Shown piece by piece: positions 1-9,579 of a stretch of DNA of 64,000 bases (positions are counted from its first letter, which is position 1; each line of letters opens with the position of its first letter). The position numbers and the translations under genes are program-made. The stretch lies in assembly GCA_031379665.1 (NCBI GenBank), contig JANNFI010000044.1:13574-77573 (forward strand). Reading direction: 5' to 3'. This stretch comes from Ignavibacteria bacterium. GTDB lineage: Bacteria > Bacteroidota > Ignavibacteria > UBA10030 > SZUA-254. The notes under the pieces were generated by a model, which saw nothing but the letters and a program-made list of their open reading frames with translations, searched no databases and was not told the origin of the DNA.

Positions 1-1
1 C

Positions 2-997
2 GAGCTGCTGCAGTGGTGCACGCCGCCCGGCGGAGGTTACGACCTCCGGATTCCGACCGGCGCGCTCGGATCCTTCAAACAAAATTATGCGAACGTACCC
101 GAATCGGAGAAGCGCGACTGGCTTGTCCACCAGGTGCGCAAGGGGGAAACGCTCGGGGCGATCGCGCGGAAATACGGTGTGACCGTCTCGATGATCGCAG
201 AAACGAACAGTCTGACGTCGAGCAAGATCATCAGCGTCGGGAAACAGCTCAGGATCCCGGTACCGGCCGGCGGCCGGCGGAGTTCCGCGATCCTCGCATC
301 AGCCGACCGGGCCCCCGCCGGCACCGGAGTGAAGTCGCGTCCGACGAAGCAACTGCGGAACATCAGCGGCAAGGAAAAAATATCGCACCTCATCACCAGG
401 GGGGAGACGCTCGGCCGCGTCGCCGAGCTCTTCGACGTTCGCGTCAGCGATCTGCGTCTGTGGAACGACATCCCCTACGGGGCGCCGATCCGCCTCGGGG
501 AGACGCTCGCTGTCTACGTTCCCGCCGACAGGGTGTCGGTCTATTCGGGCGTCGCCTCGATGAACGATCAGCAGAAGCTCGCGCTGGTCGAGTCGAAGCG
601 GACGGTCCAGTCGGAAGCCGCCAAGTCGGCCGGCTCGTGGGTGAAATACCGGGTCAGGTCGGGCGACAATCTTGGCTCGATCGCCAGCCGCCACGGGGTC
701 AATGTCACGGATATCCGGAGCTGGAACGGGCTCAGGTCGAACACCATCTATGCCGGTAAGCTCCTGGACATCCAGGTCGACGGCCCTGAGAAGGAGCGGA
801 AACCCTCTGTGCATAACATCGCGTCGGCCAGGACGACCGATCCCGGGAAGAACGCCGTCTCCTATACGGTGAGAAAAGGCGATACGCTCGAGGCCATCGC
901 CGCCAGCTTCGGGGTGAGCGTGCGCGACCTGAAAAAGTGGAACGCCATCCGTGGTTCGAGGATCATCGTCGGACAGGAACTGCTGATCTATACCTGA
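2..997 (+). CDS. LysM-repeat protein, C-terminal part of an MltD-type lytic transglycosylase (5' end outside the window)
   Basis: Frame is open from base 2 (ELLQWCTPPGGGYDLRIP, typical of MltD), followed by four LysM repeats (VRKGETLGAIA, ITRGETLGRVA, VRSGDNLGSIA, VRKGDTLEAIA). Confidence 0.85.
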   Translation, partial: ELLQWCTPPGGGYDLRIPTGALGSFKQNYANVPESEKRDWLVHQVRKGETLGAIARKYGVTVSMIAETNSLTSSKIISVGKQLRIPVPAGGRRSSAILASADRAPAGTGVKSRPTKQLRNISGKEKISHLITRGETLGRVAELFDVRVSDLRLWNDIPYGAPIRLGETLAVYVPADRVSVYSGVASMNDQQKLALVESKRTVQSEAAKSAGSWVKYRVRSGDNLGSIASRHGVNVTDIRSWNGLRSNTIYAGKLLDIQVDGPEKERKPSVHNIASARTTDPGKNAVSYTVRKGDTLEAIAASFGVSVRDLKKWNAIRGSRIIVGQELLIYT

Positions 998-1034
998 ACC
1001 GCGTCCCTGAGGGGTGGCGAAACGTTTTTACGCG

Positions 1035-1071
1035 AAGCCCCGGGCCTGACGGTCCGGGGCTTTGAATTTTT
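1035..1071 (+). terminator. Intrinsic terminator-like hairpin
   Basis: AAGCCCCGGGCC-TGAC-GGTCCGGGGCTT followed by a T-rich tract, downstream of the LysM gene. Confidence 0.6.
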
Positions 1072-1119
1072 GGTGGATTTATGCATATTATACGCTCCAT
1101 CAACCGATATGCTCCATTC

Positions 1120-1208
1120 GGAGGGGTACCAAAGTGGTTGAACGGGGCGGTCTCGAAAACCGTTGAGCTCTTTATTGGGCTCCGAGAGTTCGAATCTCTC
1201 CCCCTCCG
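1120..1208 (+). tRNA. tRNA-Ser(CGA)
   Basis: Acceptor stem GGAGGGG/CCCCTCC, anticodon arm GCGGT-CTCGAAA-ACCGT, long variable arm, T-loop GTTCGAATC; CCA not encoded. Confidence 0.95.
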
Positions 1209-1217
1209 CTTCCTTTT

Positions 1218-2330
1218 ATGAAAATTCCATTCGCCGACCTCCCGGGGCAGTACCGGGAGCTGAAAACAGAGATCGACGGGGCCATCCGCGAGGTCCTGGA
1301 GACCGGTGCCTACATTCAGGGTGAGCCGGTGCGCCGGTTCGAAGCCGAATTCGCGTCGGCCCACGAATCGGATCATTGCGTCGCGGTGGGTTCCGGCACC
1401 GATGCGCTCCACCTCGGACTCTGGGCCATGGGCGTGGGGCAGGGGGACACGGTTATCACCGTCCCGTACACGTTTATCGCCACCGTGGAGGCCATCCTCC
1501 TGACCGGCGCCAAGCCGGTCTTCGTGGATATCGATCCGATTACCTTCACGATGGATCCGAAGGGGCTCGAGACGGTGCTCGCCGCAAACCGTGGTACGAA
1601 GGTCGTCCTCCCGGTCCACCTCTACGGGCAGGCGGCGAAGATGGACGAGATATCGGCGATCGCTGCCGCGAGCGGTGCCGCCATCCTCGAAGACGCGGCC
1701 CAGGCGCACCTCGCCATGTTCGACGGGAAGTTCGTCGGCAATTTCGGACAGGCCGGGACGTTCAGCTTCTATCCCGCGAAAAACCTGGGGGCGTTCGGGG
1801 AAGCGGGAGCCGTCACGACCAACGACCCCGACCTGGCGCAGACGATGCGACGGCTGCGGGACCACGGGCAGATCGAGAAGTACCGCCATTCCCACTGGGG
1901 CCACAATTACCGGATGGATTCCATCCAGGGGGCAGTCCTCGGTGCCAAGCTCACCCGCCTCGCGGCGTGGACCTCGCGTCGGAGAGAGCTCGCAGCGCTC
2001 TACGACGGCCAGCTCAACAACGTCGGGGACCTCCGGACGCCCGTCGTCCTGCCCGGTGCGACACACGTCTACCACCTTTACGTCCTGCGAACCTCAAGGC
2101 GCGACGACCTCCAGAAATTTCTGTCCGAGAACGGGATCGCCACCGCGCTCCATTACCCGGTACCGCTCCACCTGCAGGAGGGGCTTCAGTTCCTCGGCTA
2201 TCGGAAGGGCGATTTCCCGGTCAGCGAGTCGGCCGCCAGGGAATGCCTCGCTATCCCCCTCTACCCTGAACTCAACCAGGACCAGGTCGCTTACCTCCTC
2301 TCGACGGTACGGCGGTTTTTCAGCCGCTGA
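1218..2330 (+). CDS. DegT/DnrJ/EryC1/StrS family PLP-dependent sugar aminotransferase
   Basis: SGTDAL, PVHLYGQ, EDAAQAH, SFYPAKNLGAFGEAG and NYRMD motifs. Confidence 0.93.
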   Translation: MKIPFADLPGQYRELKTEIDGAIREVLETGAYIQGEPVRRFEAEFASAHESDHCVAVGSGTDALHLGLWAMGVGQGDTVITVPYTFIATVEAILLTGAKPVFVDIDPITFTMDPKGLETVLAANRGTKVVLPVHLYGQAAKMDEISAIAAASGAAILEDAAQAHLAMFDGKFVGNFGQAGTFSFYPAKNLGAFGEAGAVTTNDPDLAQTMRRLRDHGQIEKYRHSHWGHNYRMDSIQGAVLGAKLTRLAAWTSRRRELAALYDGQLNNVGDLRTPVVLPGATHVYHLYVLRTSRRDDLQKFLSENGIATALHYPVPLHLQEGLQFLGYRKGDFPVSESAARECLAIPLYPELNQDQVAYLLSTVRRFFSR

Positions 2331-2430
2331 CCGTACCCCCCCATCGTGACACCGGCTGAGGGTTGATTGGATATCACCCCGAAAATTCCTATTATTGACC
2401 GAATTTTATACATCATCCAGACCTAAGAGA

Positions 2431-3732
2431 ATGAAGATTTCTATCGTGGGGACCGGGTACGTCGGCCTCGTGGTTGGCACCTGCTTCGCAGAAACGGGGA
2501 ACGATGTCATCTGCGTCGACGTGGACAAGAAGAAAATCGCCATGCTCCGCAAGGGGAAGACCCCCATCTACGAACCGGGCCTGGCGGAGGTTCTCAGGAA
2601 GAACATCGCGGAGAAGCGGATCTCCTTTACCACCGATCTGAAGCTCGCGGTGACCCGCAGCGAGGTGATCTTCCTTGGATTGCCGACCCCTCCCGCAGAG
2701 GACGGATCGGCCGACCTCCGGCACATACTCGAAGTCTCCGGTCAGATCGCGCGCTACATGGACTCCTATAAGGTGATCGTTACCAAGAGCACGGTCCCCG
2801 TTGGAACGTCCGACCGTATCCGCACCGTCATCGGGAAGGGGACGAAGTATGATTTCGACGTCGTCTCAAACCCCGAGTTCCTGAAGGAAGGCGCTGCCGT
2901 GAACGATTTCATGAAGCCCGACCGCATCGTGGTCGGCTCCAGGAGCCCGCGGGCGATCAAGGTGATGGAGGAGCTCTACGGGCCCTTCCTCCGGACCGGA
3001 AAACCGATCCTGGTGATGGACGAACGAAGCTCGGAGGTCACAAAGTATGCTGCCAACTCCTTCCTCGCCACGAAGGTGTCGTTCATGAACGAGATCGCGA
3101 ACCTGTGCGAGGAAGTCGGCGCAGACGTGGACATGGTCAGGAAGGGGATCGGCTCCGACGAGCGGATTGGGACGCAGTTCCTGTTCCCGGGCGTTGGGTA
3201 CGGCGGCTCCTGTTTCCCGAAGGACGTGCGCGCACTCTCGAAGACGGCGGAGGAACACGCCTACCATTTCAGGATCCTCGAGTCGGTCCACGAAGTGAAC
3301 GCTGAACAGCGGGTGCGTTTCGCCCGCAAGGTCCTTGACCATTTCAAGTCGCGGATGAAGGAGAGGGTCGTGGCGGTGTGGGGTCTGGCGTTCAAGCCCA
3401 ATACCGACGATATGCGCGAAGCGCCGGCGATCACCATTATCGAGGAACTCCTCAAGGCCGGGGCGAAGGTGAACGTCCACGACCCCGCGGCGATGGCCGA
3501 GGCGAGGAAGCATTTCGGGAAGCGGGTCCGCTACTGCGTGAACAACTACGACGCCGTGAAGGGGGCCGACGCGCTCATCGTGGTGACGGAATGGAACGAA
3601 TTCCGCCGGCCCGACCTCGACCGGATGAAGAAACTGATGCGCGGCCACGTGATCTTCGACGGCCGGAACATCTACAACCCCGCGGTACTGAAGGAGAAGG
3701 GGTTCCTCTACTACGGCGTGGGCAGGAAGTAG
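2431..3732 (+). CDS. ugd: UDP-glucose 6-dehydrogenase
   Basis: GTGYVG Rossmann motif, [17 protein letters not shown], catalytic [20 protein letters not shown]; ATG at 2431 chosen over TTG at 2395. Confidence 0.95.
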   Translation: MKISIVGTGYVGLVVGTCFAETGNDVICVDVDKKKIAMLRKGKTPIYEPGLAEVLRKNIAEKRISFTTDLKLAVTRSEVIFLGLPTPPAEDGSADLRHILEVSGQIARYMDSYKVIVTKSTVPVGTSDRIRTVIGKGTKYDFDVVSNPEFLKEGAAVNDFMKPDRIVVGSRSPRAIKVMEELYGPFLRTGKPILVMDERSSEVTKYAANSFLATKVSFMNEIANLCEEVGADVDMVRKGIGSDERIGTQFLFPGVGYGGSCFPKDVRALSKTAEEHAYHFRILESVHEVNAEQRVRFARKVLDHFKSRMKERVVAVWGLAFKPNTDDMREAPAITIIEELLKAGAKVNVHDPAAMAEARKHFGKRVRYCVNNYDAVKGADALIVVTEWNEFRRPDLDRMKKLMRGHVIFDGRNIYNPAVLKEKGFLYYGVGRK

Positions 3733-3736
3733 CCCG

Positions 3737-4690
3737 ATGGACCGGCCTGTCAGCGTCGTCACCGGTGGCGCCGGGTTCCTCGGTTCGCACCTCTGCGACC
3801 GCCTCCTGGCGGAAGGGCACAGGGTGCATTGCATCGACAACCTGATCACCGGGAGCGCCGAAAACATCGCGCATATGCTCGGGAACGAACGCTTTTCCTT
3901 CATGCACTACGACGTGACCAGTTTCATCTTCATCGAGGGGAAGGTCGACAACGTCCTGCACTTCGCCTCCCCCGCATCCCCTATCGACTACCTTCGGGTC
4001 CCGATCCAGACACTGAAGGTAGGCTCACTCGGAACACACAAGGCGCTCGGCCTCTCGAAGGCGAAGAACGCCAGGTTCCTGCTCGCGTCCACATCAGAAG
4101 TCTACGGCGATCTGCTGATCCATCCCCAGCCCGAATCGTACTGGGGTAACGTCAATCCGATCGGCGTCAGGGGGGTGTACGACGAGGCGAAGCGCTTCGC
4201 CGAGGCCCTGACCATGGCCTACCACCGGTACCACGGGGTCGCCACCAGGATCGTCAGGATCTTCAACACGTACGGTACCCGGATGCGGCTCGACGACGGG
4301 AGAGCCATACCCGCGTTCTTCTCGCAGGCCCTCGCCGGGGATGACATCACGGTTTTCGGTGACGGCAGCCAGACCCGCAGCGTCTGCTACGTCGACGACC
4401 TCATCGAGGGGATCTACCGGCTGCTCCGGTCCGACGTGGTGGAGCCGGTGAACATCGGGAACCCCGACGAGCTCACGGTCCTCGAACTCGCCAAAGAAAT
4501 CGTCCGGCTCACCGGAAGCCGGAGCAGGATCGTCTTTCGAGACCTCCCCGAAGACGACCCGAAGGTCCGGCAGCCCAACATCACCGTCGCGCGGGCGAAA
4601 CTCGGATGGGAGCCCCGCGTCGACCGTAACGAAGGCCTGAAAGCGACGCTCGATTATATCCGGAAGGCGTTGCACAGGAGTGGACGGTAA
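3737..4690 (+). CDS. UDP-glucuronic acid decarboxylase (UDP-xylose synthase) family NAD-dependent epimerase/dehydratase
   Basis: [56 protein letters not shown]. Confidence 0.9.
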   Translation: MDRPVSVVTGGAGFLGSHLCDRLLAEGHRVHCIDNLITGSAENIAHMLGNERFSFMHYDVTSFIFIEGKVDNVLHFASPASPIDYLRVPIQTLKVGSLGTHKALGLSKAKNARFLLASTSEVYGDLLIHPQPESYWGNVNPIGVRGVYDEAKRFAEALTMAYHRYHGVATRIVRIFNTYGTRMRLDDGRAIPAFFSQALAGDDITVFGDGSQTRSVCYVDDLIEGIYRLLRSDVVEPVNIGNPDELTVLELAKEIVRLTGSRSRIVFRDLPEDDPKVRQPNITVARAKLGWEPRVDRNEGLKATLDYIRKALHRSGR

Positions 4691-4761
4691 CGGCCCCTTG
4701 TTCCAGATATCCGGGACGGCGCTCCTCCCGGGCCCTGGAGATCCCGGCGGTCTGCCTCCTC

Positions 4762-5727
4762 GTGTTGCTTTCAGCCCTGTCGGGTAGGCTCACGGCCCAG
4801 GACCCACTTCGCGCCACGGACACTCTTCTCGCTCCCGATACCCTTGTAGCGCGGGACACCCTTGTAGCGCGGGACACCCTTCAACCCCTTTCTACCACAT
4901 CCATCCCGGATTCCTCGCTCATCCCGGCGGATAGCGCAACAGGAGTGAACACAACCCGTCTCGTCGTCGTCGGAGGCGCGGTGGCCGCCGGAATGATCGG
5001 CATCCACCTTTACCAGGAGAGCGGCTGGTGGAAGTACAACCGCACATCCTTCCACTTCCGCGAGGACCTCACGTACGGGCTCGGCGTCGACAAGATCGGT
5101 CATTTCTACGGGACCGCCCTCTGGGCATTCTCCCTGACCAAGGTCCTGGGCTGGGCGGACGTGCCCGACCCGGACGCGGTCTACCTCGGTTCGGCCGGGG
5201 CTTTTCTCTTCCAGACGTTCGTCGAAATCGAGGACGGTTTCTCCGCGTGGGGGTTCGACCGGGTCGACTTCCTGTGCGATCTCGGCGGCGCGCTCTGGCC
5301 GATCGCCCAATACCACAGCGATGCGCTGAAAAACGTCAACCTCAAATTAAGTTACAAGCCGACCGATGAACTTCACCAGGCGTCCGGTGGCGGTTTCGCC
5401 GGCCAGAAGCACCTGGTCATGGACGACTACCAGGGCCAGACCTTCTGGCTGACGGTCGCCCCGGATGCGGTCCTTCCGGAAGCGGCGGGTAATGTCTGGC
5501 CCGATTTTCTGAATGTCGCCGTGGGGTACGGAGTCCGGAATGTCTACGGAATCAACGGGGAACCGTATTCCGTCGTATTCATTGGTTTCGATTACGACAT
5601 GAAAAAAATCATTCCGCAGACGAGCTCGTTCCTCGTTACGCTGAGCGAGGCGCTGAACTTCATCCATTTCCCCGCCCCGGCCCTGATGATCACCCCGAAC
5701 TACGTGGCGTACGGTTTCTATTACTGA
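4762..5727 (+). CDS. Exported/outer-membrane protein, DUF2279/YfiM-like; start uncertain
   Basis: Signal-like N-terminus, DKIGHF, EIEDGFS, DDYQGQTFWL, LNVAVGYG and LNFIHFPAP motifs. Confidence 0.65.
   Translation: MLLSALSGRLTAQDPLRATDTLLAPDTLVARDTLVARDTLQPLSTTSIPDSSLIPADSATGVNTTRLVVVGGAVAAGMIGIHLYQESGWWKYNRTSFHFREDLTYGLGVDKIGHFYGTALWAFSLTKVLGWADVPDPDAVYLGSAGAFLFQTFVEIEDGFSAWGFDRVDFLCDLGGALWPIAQYHSDALKNVNLKLSYKPTDELHQASGGGFAGQKHLVMDDYQGQTFWLTVAPDAVLPEAAGNVWPDFLNVAVGYGVRNVYGINGEPYSVVFIGFDYDMKKIIPQTSSFLVTLSEALNFIHFPAPALMITPNYVAYGFYY
4819..4890 (+). repeat. In-frame 18-bp tandem repeat, 4 units (DTLLAP-DTLVAR-DTLVAR-DTLQPL)
   Basis: GATACCCTTGTAGCGCGG and GACACCCTTGTAGCGCGG, plus two degenerate flanking units. 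Confidence 0.85.
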
Positions 5728-5751
5728 CGCATCCGCAGAGCCGGCGGCTCC

Positions 5752-5780
5752 TTGCATTTCGTCCCCTCTTTCGATAATTT
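5752..5780 (+). promoter_or_regulatory. Putative sigma70 promoter of the prx-bcp-pterin operon
   Basis: TTGCAT-17 bp-TAATTT. Confidence 0.4.
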
Positions 5781-5871
5781 ACCCCGGTTCGCCGACTGCC
5801 GGGCCCGTTCCGACTCGCGGCGCCGTACTCCGAATCCCGAAACCAGAGAGATTTCACACGAGAGAAACCAG

Positions 5872-6342
5872 ATGCCACTGAAGAAGGGGGACAAGGTCCC
5901 CGATTTCACATTGTACGACACTGAGAGGAAGGAACGCTCGCTCAGTGAATTTCTCGGCGACAAGACCGTCCTGGCATTCTATCCCGGGGCGTTCACCGGC
6001 GTCTGCACGAAGGAAATCTGCCAGCTGCGCGACAGCATGACCACCTTCAACTCCCTCGGCGCCAGCGTCGTGGGGATCAGCGTCGATTCGCCCTTCGCGA
6101 ACAAGGGATTCGCGGACGCACACCGGATCACCTTCCCGCTCCTCAGCGATTTCACGAAGGTCGTCTCGGCGCAGCTTTCGGGCCTGTATGACAATTTCGG
6201 ATACCTGAAGGGCTACACTGCCTCGAAGCGGTCGGTCTTCGTCCTGGATAAGGCGGGCGTCGTGCAGTATGCGTGGTTGACCGAGAATCCTGGTGAAGAA
6301 CCTCCCTACCCCGAGATTGAAATGGCGCTCAGGAGCTTTTGA
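5872..6342 (+). CDS. Peroxiredoxin (AhpC/TSA family)
   Basis: Peroxidatic PxxxTxxC motif FYPGAFTGVCTKEIC, GISVDS, KRSVFVLD; ATG at 5872. Confidence 0.92.
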   Translation: MPLKKGDKVPDFTLYDTERKERSLSEFLGDKTVLAFYPGAFTGVCTKEICQLRDSMTTFNSLGASVVGISVDSPFANKGFADAHRITFPLLSDFTKVVSAQLSGLYDNFGYLKGYTASKRSVFVLDKAGVVQYAWLTENPGEEPPYPEIEMALRSF

Positions 6343-6803
6343 TGATGCCCGAAGCCGGCGCCAAGGCGCACGATTTTTCGCTCCCTGACGGCTCAGGGAA
6401 GACACTTTCCCTGAAGGACTTCAGGGGGAAGAAACTCGTCATCTATTTCTACCCGAAGGACGACACCTCGGGGTGTACTCAGGAGTCGTGCGATTTCCGG
6501 GACAATATGGCTCGCGTCAGGAAGTTGGGCGCCGAGGTCGTTGGCGTCAGTGCCGACCCCGTGAAATCACACGCAAAGTTCGCTGTGAAATACGACCTGC
6601 CATTCCCGCTGTTGAGCGATCCGGATAAAGTCCTGATCAAGGCGTACGGCGCCTGGCAGAAGAAGTCTTTCATGGGGAAAACGTACATGGGGATAGTCCG
6701 CTCGACCTTTCTCATCGACGAACGCGGGGTGATTGCCAGGGCCTGGCCGAAGGTGAAGGTGTCGGGCCACGTCGACGAAGTGATGGAGGCGCTCTCGGAA
6801 TGA
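6342..6803 (+). CDS. bcp: Thioredoxin-dependent thiol peroxidase Bcp/PrxQ
   Basis: [37 protein letters not shown]; start overlaps upstream stop (TGATG). Confidence 0.93.
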   Translation: MMPEAGAKAHDFSLPDGSGKTLSLKDFRGKKLVIYFYPKDDTSGCTQESCDFRDNMARVRKLGAEVVGVSADPVKSHAKFAVKYDLPFPLLSDPDKVLIKAYGAWQKKSFMGKTYMGIVRSTFLIDERGVIARAWPKVKVSGHVDEVMEALSE

Positions 6804-7210
6804 TTTACCTGACCCGCCGCGAACATTTCTGTTCCTCCCACCGGCTCTTCAATCCGAAGTTCACGGAGCAGGAAAACCTCGACACGTACGGGAAGTGCGC
6901 CTGGCCCAACGGTCACGGCCACAACTACGACATCGAAGTGACGGTGTCGGGCGTTCCCGACCCCGGGACCGGGATGATCCTCGATCTCAAGAAACTGGCC
7001 GACATCATCGACGCGGAGATCGTGCAGAAGGTCGACCATCGGCACTTGAACCACGACGTGGACTTCCTGCTTGGGGTCATCCCGACGGCGGAGAACCTGG
7101 CCATGGCGTTCTGGAACGTCCTCGGACCGAAGATCCTTCCCGGGAAGCTCCACGCGGTGAGGGTTTACGAAACTCCCAACAACTTTGCCGAATACAGGGG
7201 GGGAGCATGA
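6800..7210 (+). CDS. queD: 6-pyruvoyl-tetrahydropterin synthase family (QueD/PTPS fold); active site is of the PTPS-II (biopterin) type
   Basis: [18 protein letters not shown] (CX5HGH), DHRHLN, PTAEN, YETPNN; the symbol is the usual family label, not a claim of queuosine function. Confidence 0.9.
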   Translation: MIYLTRREHFCSSHRLFNPKFTEQENLDTYGKCAWPNGHGHNYDIEVTVSGVPDPGTGMILDLKKLADIIDAEIVQKVDHRHLNHDVDFLLGVIPTAENLAMAFWNVLGPKILPGKLHAVRVYETPNNFAEYRGGA

Positions 7211-7782
7211 ATCCTGAATCGTCCGCCGGGATGGAGAAAACCGTTGTTGACCTGCTCCGCCAGATCGGGGAGGACCCGGAGCGCGAAGGGCTCCTCAGGA
7301 CGCCCCAACGCGTCGCGAATGCGTGGCAGTTCCTGACCTCGGGCTACGGGAAGGACCCCGCCGAGCTGATCAACGGCGCCATATTCAGGGAAAAGTACGA
7401 TGAAATGGTCATCGTACGGGATATCGATTTTTTCAGCCTCTGCGAACACCACCTCCTGCCGTTCTATGGGAAGGTGCATATCGCGTACATCCCGAAGGGG
7501 AAGATCGTCGGCCTCAGTAAGCTCCCGAGGATCGTCGAACTCTTCAGCCGCCGCCTCCAGGTCCAGGAGAGGATGACGCAACAGATCGCCGAGACCCTCT
7601 ACGGAGCGCTCGAACCCGACGGCGTCGCCGTCGTCGTCGAGGCGCGCCACCTCTGCATGATGATGCGCGGGGTCGAGAAGCAGAACTCGCTCGCCACCAC
7701 GAGCGCGATGCTCGGCTCGTTCAGGGACGACGAACGGACCCGCACGGAATTCCTCAACCTCGCCGGAAAGCCGCTCTCCTGA
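7207..7782 (+). CDS. folE: GTP cyclohydrolase I
   Basis: [49 protein letters not shown]. Confidence 0.97.
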   Translation: MNPESSAGMEKTVVDLLRQIGEDPEREGLLRTPQRVANAWQFLTSGYGKDPAELINGAIFREKYDEMVIVRDIDFFSLCEHHLLPFYGKVHIAYIPKGKIVGLSKLPRIVELFSRRLQVQERMTQQIAETLYGALEPDGVAVVVEARHLCMMMRGVEKQNSLATTSAMLGSFRDDERTRTEFLNLAGKPLS

Positions 7783-8525
7783 TGCCTCCCCGCCGTTCGG
7801 CGCAGGAACCGTTGACGCGCCCCGTGGTCTGGGTCGTGGGGGCATCCTCCGGGATCGGCCGGGAGATCGCCAGGAGCTTTGCCGCCATTGGCGCCACCGT
7901 CTGCGTCTCGGGCCGGCGGGGCCACCTCCTGAACCGTCTCTGCCGCGAGATCGAAACCACTGGCGGGCGCGCCTTCAGCGTCGCCTTCGACGTTTCCGAC
8001 CCGCTGAAAACCTCCGCCGCCTGGAAGACCGTCAGGAAGAAGGCCGGTCCGGTCGACGTCCTGGTGAACAACGCGGGCATCACCGTCTTCAAGCCATTTG
8101 CCGACACCTCCCTGCGGGAATTTCACGACATCGTTGCCACCAACCTGCTCGGTCCGGTCGGCTGCGTGAAGGCCGTTCTTCCCGATATGGTCCGTCGCCG
8201 TAGTGGCTGGGTGTTCAACATCCTCTCGAACGCGGCTGTGAAGACGTTTGAGGGATCGTCCGCGTACACTGCCACGAAAGCCGGCATGCTCGGGTTCGGG
8301 AGGGTGCTCAGGGAGGAATTGCGAACGAAGAACGTCAGGGTGGTCAGCATCCTGCCGGGCGCCACCGACACCCCGATGTGGAGCGCTGCAGCGAGGAAAC
8401 GTTACCGCCGGCGGATGATGTCGGCCGCAAGCGTGGCCGAAGCCGTCGTGTCCGCCTACCTGATGCCCGCCGATGTCGTCGTGGACGAAATGGTCATCAG
8501 GCCGGTCGGGGGAGACCTCGGATGA
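7782..8525 (+). CDS. SDR oxidoreductase, probable sepiapterin reductase
   Basis: GASSGIG, NNAG, YTATK; C-terminal PGATDTPMW...AYLMP...VVDEMVIRPVGGDL resembles my recollection of Chlorobaculum tepidum sepiapterin reductase; follows PTPS-folE. Confidence 0.8.
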   Translation: MPPRRSAQEPLTRPVVWVVGASSGIGREIARSFAAIGATVCVSGRRGHLLNRLCREIETTGGRAFSVAFDVSDPLKTSAAWKTVRKKAGPVDVLVNNAGITVFKPFADTSLREFHDIVATNLLGPVGCVKAVLPDMVRRRSGWVFNILSNAAVKTFEGSSAYTATKAGMLGFGRVLREELRTKNVRVVSILPGATDTPMWSAAARKRYRRRMMSAASVAEAVVSAYLMPADVVVDEMVIRPVGGDLG

Positions 8526-9238
8526 CGCTCGCCGGAAAGGTCGCCATCGTCACCGGCGCAGGGCGCGGGATCGGCCGCTCGATCGCGCTGGCGCTGGCCG
8601 CCGAAGGGGCCTCCGTCATCGCCTCGGCCAGGACCCAGGCGCAGATCGACGAGACCGCCGCTGCGATCAGCGCATCGGGTGGGAAAGCCGCGGTCGTGAA
8701 GACGGACATGCGCGACGCCGGCCAGGTCGCACGGCTCGCCGATGCGGCCCTCGGGGAGTTCGGCAGGATCGACATCCTCGTGAACAACGCGGGGCTGGGC
8801 CATTTCGCCCGCGTGACGGATCTGGGCCAGAAAGAATTCGACGAAATGTGGGAGGTGAATGTCCGTGGCGTGTTCCTCCTGACGAAGGCCGTGCTCCCGG
8901 CGATGACCGCGCAGCGCTCGGGGGATATCGTGAATATCGCCTCGCTCGCGGGCCGTAATTCGTTCATCGGCGGATCCGGGTACTCGGCCACGAAGTGGGC
9001 CCTGATCGGATTCGCGCGATCCCTGATGCTCGAGGTGAGGGAGATGAACATCCGCGTCGTGACGCTCTGCCCTGGGTCGGTCGACACCGATTTTGCGGGC
9101 CCCGGGCACGCCAGCTTACGCCCAGGCGTCATTCCCACCGCCGCCGACATCGCGACGGTCGCGCTCAACGCGCTCCGAATGCCCCGTCACGTGATGGTGA
9201 GCGAAATCGACATCCGGCCGACCAACCCGAAAGGGTGA
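8522..9238 (+). CDS. SDR family NAD(P)-dependent oxidoreductase
   Basis: TGAGRGIG, NNAG, YSATK, PGSVDT; ATG at 8522 overlaps previous stop. Confidence 0.9.
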   Translation: MTLAGKVAIVTGAGRGIGRSIALALAAEGASVIASARTQAQIDETAAAISASGGKAAVVKTDMRDAGQVARLADAALGEFGRIDILVNNAGLGHFARVTDLGQKEFDEMWEVNVRGVFLLTKAVLPAMTAQRSGDIVNIASLAGRNSFIGGSGYSATKWALIGFARSLMLEVREMNIRVVTLCPGSVDTDFAGPGHASLRPGVIPTAADIATVALNALRMPRHVMVSEIDIRPTNPKG

Positions 9239-9277
9239 CCGCGCCGGGGCAGCCAGAGCCCGTACGGTGAGCGCCCG

Positions 9278-9526
9278 TCACCTCCCTGCGCTGGCATCGG
9301 CCGCGAGCGTGCCGATGCAGTCCCGGCAGAAATAGAGCAGTTTGTAGTCGCCGATCTGACGCTCGATCATTTCAGTTTTAGGGTAGGGTTGCCTGCAGAC
9401 GGCGCATTTCTCGGGATCCTGCGGCGCTTGCTCGCCGCCGCTTCCGCGGATGATGGCCCGGTATCCCGCGACTGTGATGAACCCGAGGACGATGAAGCAG
9501 AGGATGGCAAGGATGGTAACGACCAT
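9278..9526 (-). CDS. Small membrane-anchored protein with CxxC...CxxC motif
   Basis: N-terminal hydrophobic helix, CAVC and CRDC; fills the intergenic gap. Confidence 0.6.
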   Translation of the reverse strand: MVVTILAILCFIVLGFITVAGYRAIIRGSGGEQAPQDPEKCAVCRQPYPKTEMIERQIGDYKLLYFCRDCIGTLAADASAGR

Positions 9527-9579
9527 GGTCCGGTATTGTAGGATAACCCGGGGTGAAAAACAAATAGGTTGAAAGAGCC

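Noticed and set aside
1120-1208. tRNA-Ser and tRNA-Pro (44849-44923) as island integration sites
   Set aside because: No integrase, no duplicated tRNA 3' end seen and no compositional shift in the flanking genes
4105-4125. GDLLIHPQ in the UDP-glucuronate decarboxylase where GDP is usual
   Set aside because: A single substitution or base-call error; the catalytic motifs are intact
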